DNA from: a virus
Taxonomy: Duplodnaviria; Caudoviricetes
DNA: 64,000 nt
IMG/VR virus record: IMGVR_UViG_3300032135_000003
Location: 66,948-130,947 of that record
Reading direction: 5' to 3' (one strand)
In this document: positions 9,648-19,124 of the stretch, one piece after another
Numbering within the stretch: the first letter of the stretch is position 1
How the letters are laid out: each line of letters opens with the position of its first letter
Translations under genes and position numbers: made by a program
Notes under the pieces: generated by a model
What the model was told of the DNA's origin: nothing
What the model saw: only the letters and a program-made list of their open reading frames with translations
Database searches by the model: none

Positions 9648-12032
9648 ATGGCAATAGTTACAATAAATGCAGAGGTAGTTACTACCATTGAAACTGCAAC
9701 CATCACTTTAGACAAGAAAACAACTACTGAGAAAGCCTATATAACAGGTATTTCGGTAGCCTCCCCTGTAGGAGTAGATGCCAAGAACGATATTATTGCT
9801 GAATATCAAGGAAGAAATTATACTTATGATGGAGAAATAGACTGCTCTTTATACTTTTCAAAAGACAGTAATACTTGTGACTATGACGCTAAAGACCAAG
9901 AAATTCAAACTTTATTAAGTAACGGTTTTGAGATAGCATCTACGGTGGACTGTACGCTTACTTTCACTAAGACAGGAGAAATAGACCAAATCTTAGTATT
10001 AGACCCGGTTGTTACTACTGTTTATGAAGTAATTGCAGGAGTTTCAGATTATGCAGAGGAGCCACAGGTAATTGTAAATGGAACAACAGTTGTAGCTACG
10101 GAAGGAAGTATGCTTACAGATGGTTACATTTATGAGGGAGTTATAGACTGTAGAAAAGTATGGAGTAAAGAAATATCATTGTGCGAATTTGACAATAAAG
10201 TAAAAACCATTGCAGAGTATGTAGGAAAAGGGTATGAATTAGTATTAGATGCAAATTGTGAATTAAGCTTTACAGGTACTTTTAGTAAGTGCGACTATTT
10301 AGAAAAAGAGCTTTTAATTAAAAATTATGAGGTTGATGGATATACTTTATTAGAAGAACAAAACTGTAAACTACACTTTCAAAAAAATATAGAAAGTATT
10401 ACAAATCAAACAGACGTGTACGCCTTTTTTGATACAACCTCTATGAGGTTTCAAGATGGAATAGATGCAGCAGCAACTTTACAGATTTGGTTTTCTAAAT
10501 ATCAACAAGATAATCCAGACTATGAGGGTAATTTATACATAATCCCTATTTACTATGAAAGGTATGTAGACTATTTAGATATAATTAAAAAAGGAACTGG
10601 GGTAGGTAAAGTTATTCCAAGCAGACCTACTGTAGGTAATGCTGCGTTTAATGTTTATGGTAACGCTGATTGGATAAAAGAAGTAGGGGTATACCCACCT
10701 AACTTTGATTATATTACAACTCAAAGTACTAACACAAGTTGGACACCACCTACGGATGTTTTAATGTTAGCTTTTATGGACGAAGCAAACCCAGACTATC
10801 ATAAAAATAAATCAAATAGTTTAGAGAACCCTACCGCAGCTTATAATGAGGATTTAATAAGATTTAAAACTATTTTGGGGGAATTTAACTTCTTTAAGGC
10901 AGTCCTTTATCCTATTGTACAGCAACTAGAAGGTAATGGAGGAGCCCTTATCCTACAGTCTATGGCTGCAATAAAAGGGAAAGTACTAACTCAAAGTGAG
11001 ATAGATAGTACAGACACTCTCGTAGACGTAAACCCCTTACTTACGAGTAACCCTTATACAGACGGGTTAAATAAATATGGGTGGATAGGTGTATATGACA
11101 AAACTTCCCCAGCCGCAAATGTTTTTAACTCAACAGGTTTTGGGGAAGAGTTAAACAAGATAATCCTCTCAGGGGTAGAAACAGACTCTCAGAAGGAGGA
11201 TATTTATATTGATGGCACTTTCACTGAATATACTGATGATGTGGTTGTAAAAGGCGTAAATAAGGTTAAGAAAGAATATGTATATTTAGAGGGCTGTGAA
11301 ATACCCCTTGAAGAAGGAGATTATTTTAAAGATGCCTCATTTACTGTAGGATACTCACCTATTACAGGGTCTTGGATATCGTACTATTCTTTTATTCCTA
11401 ATTATTACATAAACCAAACTGACCATTTTAAGACAGGAAAAAACAGTGAGGGAACACTTTGGTCACATTTACTCACAAACAAAAGTTTCCAAGTATTCTA
11501 CGGGAAAAAAGAACCATGGATTATTGACCTTCCAGTAAAAGAACAGTATGTAAATAAGACTTTAAAAGATATTTCCTATTATTTAGATGCTAAAAAGAAT
11601 TCAGGACAGTATGATTATTCTGAATTGAGAAATGAAGGGTTTAATAAAGCTTGGGTCTACAACAACAGGACAAATTCTGGGGAACTAAACCTAATACCTA
11701 GTACAGGACTGCTATCTTTATTATCACAGTATCCAAATATGCTTAGCCCAACACAACAGGAAATATTATATTCTGATACAAGAGGAAAACACAGGTTCAA
11801 CTATTTCTTTGACCGTGTTAAAAATGATATGTCTAACGAGCCAATATGGAAGTGGGATTTAAATCAAATTCACAAAGAGTTAAACCCAGACGCATTGAGT
11901 TTTACAAGTAAGCCCACTTTAGAGTATATAAGAGGAGACTGGTTCTCAATTAGGTTACAACAAGATATTAGAACTGACCTTAGATATGAGTTCAAGTGGT
12001 TAGAATCCGCAGAAACCATAATCAACCCGTAA
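9648..12032 (+). CDS. Cys repeats, vWA-like domain and C-terminal part of the tail stabilisation/muzzle protein
   Basis: Five copies of the same Cys repeat as ORF 1531-8550; DVYAFFDTTSM resembles a vWA/MIDAS strand; C-terminal FKDASFTVGYSPITGSWISYYSFIPNYY...FNKAWVYN...IRGDW resembles the crAss Tstab C-terminus. Confidence 0.65.
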   Translation: MAIVTINAEVVTTIETATITLDKKTTTEKAYITGISVASPVGVDAKNDIIAEYQGRNYTYDGEIDCSLYFSKDSNTCDYDAKDQEIQTLLSNGFEIASTVDCTLTFTKTGEIDQILVLDPVVTTVYEVIAGVSDYAEEPQVIVNGTTVVATEGSMLTDGYIYEGVIDCRKVWSKEISLCEFDNKVKTIAEYVGKGYELVLDANCELSFTGTFSKCDYLEKELLIKNYEVDGYTLLEEQNCKLHFQKNIESITNQTDVYAFFDTTSMRFQDGIDAAATLQIWFSKYQQDNPDYEGNLYIIPIYYERYVDYLDIIKKGTGVGKVIPSRPTVGNAAFNVYGNADWIKEVGVYPPNFDYITTQSTNTSWTPPTDVLMLAFMDEANPDYHKNKSNSLENPTAAYNEDLIRFKTILGEFNFFKAVLYPIVQQLEGNGGALILQSMAAIKGKVLTQSEIDSTDTLVDVNPLLTSNPYTDGLNKYGWIGVYDKTSPAANVFNSTGFGEELNKIILSGVETDSQKEDIYIDGTFTEYTDDVVVKGVNKVKKEYVYLEGCEIPLEEGDYFKDASFTVGYSPITGSWISYYSFIPNYYINQTDHFKTGKNSEGTLWSHLLTNKSFQVFYGKKEPWIIDLPVKEQYVNKTLKDISYYLDAKKNSGQYDYSELRNEGFNKAWVYNNRTNSGELNLIPSTGLLSLLSQYPNMLSPTQQEILYSDTRGKHRFNYFFDRVKNDMSNEPIWKWDLNQIHKELNPDALSFTSKPTLEYIRGDWFSIRLQQDIRTDLRYEFKWLESAETIINP

Positions 12033-12040
12033 CTAATGTA

Positions 12041-12072
12041 TTTGTCAATAGACAGGTAATATTGTATATTCG
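12041..12072 (+). promoter_or_regulatory. Bacteroidota sigma70-type promoter (TTTG-N20-TATATTCG)
   Basis: -33 TTTG at 12041-12044 and -7 variant TAnnTTCG at 12065-12072, in the intergenic gap before the GH73 gene. Confidence 0.65.
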
Positions 12073-12099
12073 TAGAAATTTTGAGTAATAAATTTTTCA

Positions 12100-13008
12100 A
12101 TGGCATCAACGTATAAAGAAGCATCTAAAAAGAATAAAGCAGCAGGATTAGGAGAAAAACCTGATAATGTCAGTGTTGAAAGCTGGAATAAAGCTTTAGA
12201 CCTTTATAAAATGGCTGAGAGTAAGGGAGATGCCTACCCCGAGTTAACAGTTGCTCAGGCCATATTAGAAACTGGCTGGTTTAAAAGTCCATCTGGAAAC
12301 CATAATTATTTTGGTCAAAAGGCTACGAATAGTCAAGCTGGGACTTCATACAATACTAAAGAAGTTTCTAACGGTTCTTCGTATAATACTTCAAGTAGAT
12401 TTAGGGATTACTCTAATTTAGGTGAGGCAGTAGACGACAGGATGAAAAAGTGGGGCTCTAAATATAAAGATGCGGCTAATGTAGAGGAAGCTTTATATAG
12501 TATATGGAGTTATGACGAGGAGAAAGGACAAGGAGTAGGATATGCCACTGATGACAAGTATGATGAAAAAATAATTAATATACTTGGACAAATAGGCACA
12601 CCAGTAGAAAAGGCTTATAAAGATAAATTTGGCTCATTAACTTATGCAGGAGCTACCCCACCAACACAAACTGAGGTAGTAGATGAGAAAGCTTTTCAAG
12701 AAAAAGAAGTTGACAAAACCGCAGTAGCTTCAAACCAAGACAGATTAAATCTTCAACTCCTAGAACAAAATCAGGAAATACTTACAAAACTCAACACACA
12801 AGAAGCTGAGAAAGAAGCAAGCAACAAAGCTGCAATAGCACAACAGAATTTAGACAGGAAAGTAAGTGAGAAAAACTTCTTAAAAGAACTTATTATGAGC
12901 AGTGGTGTTAAAACCATGGAAGCTCCTAAAAGGAACAGTCAAGACTATCCTGAACCTAATTCTCCTGGATACCCTAATTACTTTCAAGATGGGGGAAAAT
13001 ATAAATAA
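12100..13008 (+). CDS. Virion-associated peptidoglycan hydrolase, GH73/FlgJ-like glucosaminidase
   Basis: AQAILETGW...NYFGQKA...FRDY...GYATDDKY catalytic motifs; C-terminal coiled coil ending in FQDGG. Confidence 0.85.
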   Translation: MASTYKEASKKNKAAGLGEKPDNVSVESWNKALDLYKMAESKGDAYPELTVAQAILETGWFKSPSGNHNYFGQKATNSQAGTSYNTKEVSNGSSYNTSSRFRDYSNLGEAVDDRMKKWGSKYKDAANVEEALYSIWSYDEEKGQGVGYATDDKYDEKIINILGQIGTPVEKAYKDKFGSLTYAGATPPTQTEVVDEKAFQEKEVDKTAVASNQDRLNLQLLEQNQEILTKLNTQEAEKEASNKAAIAQQNLDRKVSEKNFLKELIMSSGVKTMEAPKRNSQDYPEPNSPGYPNYFQDGGKYK

Positions 13009-13050
13009 TAGAGCTGACAATTCAACTATACCAAATAACACAATATCATA

Positions 13051-15966
13051 ATGGATAACAAATCAAAATTAGGATATTCTAAAGACTCACCTTACAGGGA
13101 TGAACCTTTTATCAACATACAATCGAACAACATTACCATGAAAGATACAGATCAAGACTTATTAGGGTTAGGAATTAAAAACGGAAAGATAGTAAAGGTT
13201 ATTCCTATGAAAGCAGGAGAGTCTTCTAACTATGATTTTGGTGATGTTGATTCTGTATTAGAGATGCCTAAATTTCAGTTTGGGGGAATGTTTCAAAACA
13301 CTGATATGGAGCAATTGGGTATTCAGACTATGTTGCCTACAAATGAAACAGGGTATAACATACCAACAAATAACTCTGTTGCAGATATAGGGGCAAGACC
13401 ACAAGTACAATCTATATTTTCACCACAAACTTTCGGCACAACACAAAAAGAAATTGATGGGCGTTCCACAGGAATTATTCAAAACAACCAAAAACCACAA
13501 GGAGAATTACTAAATCAAAAGATTGTAGACAGACATAATAAAATTAAAGAGGTAGATGACTCTCCAATAAATGATTACAACTCTCAAAATCCACAATCTA
13601 ACCAAATGTACAACCCTTATGGAGGGGTAGACTTAGCTTCTGCTGCAAGTCTATTTGGCAGAAGTATGAAAGAAGGTGATGCAGGTATGGGAATACTATC
13701 TGGGGCTAAATTAGGCTTAGGATTAGGAAGAAACATTATGGGGGGATATTCAACCCAGAACAGAAATGAGTATGTAGACCAGTGGTCACAAGATCAGGAT
13801 ACCAAAGCACGTAATGGGAATTATGAGCAGTTCCAAGATGGAGGTTCTTATTTGACCAGAGAAGATATAGACTCTATAAAAAGAGACACGCAAATTGACT
13901 TTACAGATGAGGGGGCAAATAATTTATTTCAAAGAACTCCTACACAACAACAAAGTGCTCCACAATCAGATGTAAACTTAGGAAAATACAAAGATGTAGG
14001 ATATTTTGATGTACTTCAAAACAAAGAAGATTCAATTAGTCTTACAAATACTTCAAAAAATCCACACAATCAAGATACAGTTAAAACTGTTTTAGACGAA
14101 ATAAGAGGGTTAAATCCAGGAAAAGATTTAAACTTTGATTATACCCCTAATTTAGAAGATGGTGGTATGGCGAGAAAGCTTACAGGTGAATATGCAGAAG
14201 GGCTTGCAAATGAAAATCCAGACAAAGCTGTTGCAGAATTAGAAAAAGGAGAGTATATGCAGTCACCAGATGGAGAAATTGCCGAAGTTGAAGGAAAAAC
14301 CCACGAAGAAGGGGGAGAGAAAATGACAGCAGAACAAATGGAAGCAGGTACTAAAGTTATTTCTGATAATCTTAAAATAGGTGCTGAGAATGCAAAAGCC
14401 TTTAAAGATAAATATGATATCAAAATAAGTGCAAAAGACACTTATGCCACTGTTATAGATAAAGCCTCAAAGAAAATAGGACTAAAGTCTGTTGTAGAGG
14501 AACAGGAAGAAGTGATAAAAACCATTGAGAAAAATCAAGATACAACTCAGACAAATACCCAAAAATTAAATTTGCAATTTCTATCAAAGAAACTTCAAGA
14601 ACTAGAGCAAAAGAAAGCTCCATTAGAAGAAGCTAGAAAAGCAATTACTGATGATGTATATGAAAGACAAGAAGCTTCTAAACCAAAAGAAAAGCAATCC
14701 ACAGTTATGGAAGATGGAGGAAGTATAGATAGTGCATTTGTCAAAAGCCTTGCAGAGAAGCACGGAGTAAATTATGACTCTGCATATCAAATGGTTCAAG
14801 AGTTTAAAAATGGTGGTGGTTATGTACCTAAGTACCAAGATGGTAAAAATGAGCAAGAAGTAACAACACAAACAGGAAAAAATCCATTTATTTTTACAAA
14901 CCCTGAGTCTCAACCTATGACGGATGAGAATAGATTTGCCGCAGGTACAGTAAACACGGAGAATTACTCTGAAAGGATGATGGCTTTATGGAGAGAGTTC
15001 CCTAACTTAATGGCAGAAAATTTTGAGATCATTCAAGATGAAAAAGGTATACAAGATGTAAAACCTCGTTTTGGGCAAGAGTCTGTTAAAAATCTTCAGG
15101 AGGGGATTAATAGAGTATATGAAGAAAACTTACAGAAAACAGAGCAGATTAAAGACCCCAATAAAAGAAAAGAGCTTCAAGATGCTATCAAAGCAGAAAT
15201 GTTTACAGGAGAAGGCTATAAATCTTTTGATGCTTTAATAGGAGATTTTACCAGCTCTAGGAGAAATATAGATTTTGGCTTAAAAGAAGCAATGGGCGAG
15301 GAAATAAAGTCTCCTGAGACACCAGAAGTTCCAGCAGCAGACCAAGGACAGAATAAAACAGATTCACAAGGTAGAGCTGCATTACCATTACTACCCGATC
15401 AGAGTATAATGCCGCCCTCAGCTCAGGATGCACATTTAAAGAATAACTATAGATTTAACAGGATTGAAGCAAATAAAGTTAATCCTGAACAAGCTTTAGC
15501 TAACTTAAGCTCTCAGTTTGAAACAGGAGTAAACTCAGCTAATCAAAGACCTGACTCACAAAGAAGCGCACTTTTAGCTCAAATGTTGGCGGGAACTGGA
15601 AATAATTCTAATCAAATTATAAATCAAACTAATTCTCAAAATCAAGTTGAGCAAAACCGTGTAGATTCCTATAACGCACAAATAGGAGACAGAGAAATGG
15701 GGGCTAATGCTAATGAAAGAACTCGTTTTGAAAAGCTTCAAATGATGGCTAAGAATAATACAGACCAAGATTATAGAGACTGGATGAAGTATAATTCTGA
15801 CTTGAATGTGGAAAAGTACAATACTATAAATAGGATGAATTTGATGAATGAGTTATTTGATAATTATTCTTATGAAAATGGGCAGGTAAAACAAAAGGCA
15901 GGGAGTATACTTAACTCTCCAGGACGTACACCGCAGCCTAAAGTAGTACAAACCAAAAAGAAATAA
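13051..15966 (+). CDS. Internal virion cargo protein with repeated (F/Y/L/M)-x-x-G-G motifs
   Basis: FQFGG, FQDGG, LEDGG, MEDGG, FKNGG, YQDG motifs; AELEKGE...GKTHEEGG...VISDNL domain of crAss-like cargo proteins; Q/N-rich C-terminus. Confidence 0.6.
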   Translation: MDNKSKLGYSKDSPYRDEPFINIQSNNITMKDTDQDLLGLGIKNGKIVKVIPMKAGESSNYDFGDVDSVLEMPKFQFGGMFQNTDMEQLGIQTMLPTNETGYNIPTNNSVADIGARPQVQSIFSPQTFGTTQKEIDGRSTGIIQNNQKPQGELLNQKIVDRHNKIKEVDDSPINDYNSQNPQSNQMYNPYGGVDLASAASLFGRSMKEGDAGMGILSGAKLGLGLGRNIMGGYSTQNRNEYVDQWSQDQDTKARNGNYEQFQDGGSYLTREDIDSIKRDTQIDFTDEGANNLFQRTPTQQQSAPQSDVNLGKYKDVGYFDVLQNKEDSISLTNTSKNPHNQDTVKTVLDEIRGLNPGKDLNFDYTPNLEDGGMARKLTGEYAEGLANENPDKAVAELEKGEYMQSPDGEIAEVEGKTHEEGGEKMTAEQMEAGTKVISDNLKIGAENAKAFKDKYDIKISAKDTYATVIDKASKKIGLKSVVEEQEEVIKTIEKNQDTTQTNTQKLNLQFLSKKLQELEQKKAPLEEARKAITDDVYERQEASKPKEKQSTVMEDGGSIDSAFVKSLAEKHGVNYDSAYQMVQEFKNGGGYVPKYQDGKNEQEVTTQTGKNPFIFTNPESQPMTDENRFAAGTVNTENYSERMMALWREFPNLMAENFEIIQDEKGIQDVKPRFGQESVKNLQEGINRVYEENLQKTEQIKDPNKRKELQDAIKAEMFTGEGYKSFDALIGDFTSSRRNIDFGLKEAMGEEIKSPETPEVPAADQGQNKTDSQGRAALPLLPDQSIMPPSAQDAHLKNNYRFNRIEANKVNPEQALANLSSQFETGVNSANQRPDSQRSALLAQMLAGTGNNSNQIINQTNSQNQVEQNRVDSYNAQIGDREMGANANERTRFEKLQMMAKNNTDQDYRDWMKYNSDLNVEKYNTINRMNLMNELFDNYSYENGQVKQKAGSILNSPGRTPQPKVVQTKKK

Positions 15967-16012
15967 TTATCAACCCTACACTAAGAAACTTTAACATTCC
16001 AATAACATTTCT

Positions 16013-16020
16013 TACATTTG
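16013..16020 (+). promoter_or_regulatory. Bacteroidota -7 promoter element TACATTTG
   Basis: Matches TAnnTTTG, 20 nt upstream of ATG 16041 in an intergenic gap. Confidence 0.6.
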
Positions 16021-16040
16021 CACTAAATACAATATAAAAC

Positions 16041-19000
16041 ATGGCTAACGCATTTTCACAACCAGGTCAGTTCAAAAACCTAAAAATTCAATCAACTTTT
16101 GATACTCAGTTGGTAGCCACTGTATTAGGCGCAAAACAGGCTAGATATGATTCCAACTTACAGGAAATAGATAACGCTTTAGCTGAGTATGGAAACATAG
16201 ACTTAGCTAGACCAGAGGATAAAGCATACCTTAAAGAGCGTTTAGACGAGTTAACATCCCAAGTTAACGGTGCTGGAATGCAAGATTTATCCTCTTCCGC
16301 AGTTACCAGAAACATAGAAAAACATTTAGACCAAGCTTTAGATGAGAAAGTTTTAGCTCAGGCTGGAATTACGCAACAAATAAGACAATTTCAATCAAAA
16401 GTAAAACAAGTACAAGAAAAAAGCCCAGAACTATATACCGAGCAGAATGCCGCTTTTGCCATGGATCAAGCAGGACTACAAGATTATTATAATGGCGCTG
16501 ATGCTCAAGGTAATAAAGTAGATAGTTTAAGAGGAAGACTAGAGTACACACCTTATAGCAATCTTTCTGATAAGTACAGGGAAATTTTAGATAAAGATTT
16601 AAAGGTTAAAGAGGGAATTACCAGAAAAGTACCCGACCCCAAAAACCCAGGACAATACGTTGAAACCACAGTAAAAGGGCTTGACAGAATAGACATCAGA
16701 AATAAAGTTTTATTAGGATTAACACCCCAAGATTTAAAACAGGCAGAAATAGACGCTTGGGCTAAATACGGGGACAACGCAAAAGAGATTTATTCAAATT
16801 ATGTGCAACCTAAAATTGATGAGTATCAGGCAGAAATAGACGGGTTAAATTTAAACAGGGAGGGTAAAACAGAAGCTGAAAAAGCTATTGCAGACAACAA
16901 TATTGAAAAAAGACAAAAATCAATTGATGATTTAACTTCTAACAAAAAGAGTCTTTCAGAAATTCACAGATTTTTAGGGAAAGAAGAGTTGGGGGAAAGT
17001 CTAGCAGCTATCTATGCACCTGTAAACACCTCTTTAAAATATAGCACTGATGACGGTTATTACAAAGAGTTAGAAATGATTTCTAAAAGAGCACAATCGG
17101 CTATAGGATATGACGATGCTAATAAAAATACCCAACCAGACGTACGTTCTCGTAAAATAGAGACAGAACATGAAGATAATTACATTCCTACTCAAAAGGC
17201 AGAAACAGAAATAGAGTCTTATAAACAAGGATTAGATACTCTTTTTAATGTTGCTTACAATAGGCTTCCAGAAGAAGAAAAAAATAAATTTGATACAGCT
17301 TACAAACAGTTTATAGAAGATGGGGAATTAGAAGATAATGCTTCAAACAAGTCTTCTTTTATGGTACAAAATAGTGGTGGTGGTAAAGGAAATTATTACA
17401 ACGTTTTGGAAGTAGCAGAAGCTAAAGACCTAAATTGGAGGTACAAGCAAAAACTCGAAATACAAGTAGGTAATTATAATGAGGCTTTAGATGAAAAGGA
17501 AGCTGTAAACTTTACAGAAATATTTAGAGTTCTAAAAGACAGAGGTGAAAATGAGAATATTAAAATGCTCGATGAAAAAGGAAATGTGGTTTCCATGACT
17601 AAATACCTTTCTAGTGTAGAGAATATAGAGGACTTGACAGCTATTCAGAAGAAAACGCTTTTAAAATCTGTTTATGCTGATATAACTTTGTCTCAGACCA
17701 AAGATTTTGATATAAAAGGGGGAGTAAATGCTAAAAACACTTATAATATAAGCAGATCAGCAAAACTTAATGGAGAGTCAGGGAAAAGCCTTCCTATGTT
17801 GTTGAACCCAAGAGACATTATATATTCTGCATACTCAGATGAGGAGTTTACGTATGATTTTGAAAAGTTAAAAAAGGATATGCAGTTACCTCCTCAAATA
17901 ACTAAAAAACAGTTTAAGGAGAGTATACAACCTTTAATGGAAAAAAGTATACAAAGTCTACAAGGCAATGTCCCAGGTGTACTTCAACAGTCATTAAATG
18001 TTATGAGTAAGATACCACTCGTAGGGGGCATAATCTCATGGGGAAAGGAAGTGGGGGAAACTGTAAAAACTAACATGGCAAGAGAATTTGGTTTTAGAAA
18101 CCCAGCTAATAATATAATAATTGGTGGAGAAGGGACTAAAACAAGAAAAGACTTAGAAGATGCTTTACAGAATAAACTATATGATGATAGCTGGGGAACA
18201 CGAGATGACTCAGTAGAAGATGATACAGACCTTAGAAGAGTTTTAGATGATAGAGATAGTTTTAGAAGTATTTATGAAGCTAAGATGGCAGAAGATGGTG
18301 CAAATTTTGCTCAAAATAACGAGGTTATAGTTGAAGCATCCACTGGAAGACAGGGAGAATATGTACCAGCTTTTGAAGAACTAAAAGACCTTGGTGGAGT
18401 AAAGTTCGAGTATAACCAGCCAGTTTATGTTAGAGATGAGGGAGACCACTATTTTGCATACCAGACAGATGTAGAGGTAACTAAAAAGGATGATGAAGAT
18501 AGCATAACCAAAAATAGCACTAGGAGTGCCAGTATCGATAAAACAAATTTTAAACAAAACAGCCCTCTTTTGAAATGGCTTGACCAACAATCAGATCGTC
18601 AAAGAGTCACTTCTGACAACACAAAGGAGTTAGTATCAGAATCAGCGGGATTTGCAGATGCAGAGAGTCAAAGAAGCTACATAGTAGGTATGGGGCAATT
18701 AACTGGTATTAAGTCAGAAAAGGAATTAGCTAAGTTTACGGCAGAAGGGGCTAAAAACCACTTACTTGATACACATAAAAAGATATTTGATGGTTCTGTA
18801 GAAGGTATAAAAGCTGAGGCACTGATTAATAAAATAGTAGACAACGGACACCTTTTTAGAATTAAAATGCAAGCTAATGATAGGGGATTGTATGAAATGG
18901 CTATTCAGTATCAGGCTAAAGAAGATGGAAAAGTTAAGTGGGATAATTTAAAAGTAATACCTACAGATACAAATGACATAACAGGTTCAGTGTCTTTAAT

Positions 19001-19124
19001 AGACACAGCACCCCAAATTTTCTTATTAGACTATATGGATAAGCTACTTACAGATATAGAATTTAGAGGTACAAAAAGCGTTAAAGGACAGTTAGAAAAA
19101 TTAAGCAATATATTCCCTGAATAA
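16041..19124 (+). CDS. Large internal virion/ejection protein
   Basis: 1027 aa, largely helical; N-terminal KQARYD...DL.R.ED..YL pattern and position in the cargo cluster. Confidence 0.55.
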   Translation: MANAFSQPGQFKNLKIQSTFDTQLVATVLGAKQARYDSNLQEIDNALAEYGNIDLARPEDKAYLKERLDELTSQVNGAGMQDLSSSAVTRNIEKHLDQALDEKVLAQAGITQQIRQFQSKVKQVQEKSPELYTEQNAAFAMDQAGLQDYYNGADAQGNKVDSLRGRLEYTPYSNLSDKYREILDKDLKVKEGITRKVPDPKNPGQYVETTVKGLDRIDIRNKVLLGLTPQDLKQAEIDAWAKYGDNAKEIYSNYVQPKIDEYQAEIDGLNLNREGKTEAEKAIADNNIEKRQKSIDDLTSNKKSLSEIHRFLGKEELGESLAAIYAPVNTSLKYSTDDGYYKELEMISKRAQSAIGYDDANKNTQPDVRSRKIETEHEDNYIPTQKAETEIESYKQGLDTLFNVAYNRLPEEEKNKFDTAYKQFIEDGELEDNASNKSSFMVQNSGGGKGNYYNVLEVAEAKDLNWRYKQKLEIQVGNYNEALDEKEAVNFTEIFRVLKDRGENENIKMLDEKGNVVSMTKYLSSVENIEDLTAIQKKTLLKSVYADITLSQTKDFDIKGGVNAKNTYNISRSAKLNGESGKSLPMLLNPRDIIYSAYSDEEFTYDFEKLKKDMQLPPQITKKQFKESIQPLMEKSIQSLQGNVPGVLQQSLNVMSKIPLVGGIISWGKEVGETVKTNMAREFGFRNPANNIIIGGEGTKTRKDLEDALQNKLYDDSWGTRDDSVEDDTDLRRVLDDRDSFRSIYEAKMAEDGANFAQNNEVIVEASTGRQGEYVPAFEELKDLGGVKFEYNQPVYVRDEGDHYFAYQTDVEVTKKDDEDSITKNSTRSASIDKTNFKQNSPLLKWLDQQSDRQRVTSDNTKELVSESAGFADAESQRSYIVGMGQLTGIKSEKELAKFTAEGAKNHLLDTHKKIFDGSVEGIKAEALINKIVDNGHLFRIKMQANDRGLYEMAIQYQAKEDGKVKWDNLKVIPTDTNDITGSVSLIDTAPQIFLLDYMDKLLTDIEFRGTKSVKGQLEKLSNIFPE

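Noticed and set aside
6700-11300. Diversity-generating retroelement or invertase shufflon acting on the tail cassette
   Set aside because: No reverse transcriptase or recombinase and no near-identical template/variable or inverted repeats seen in this window.
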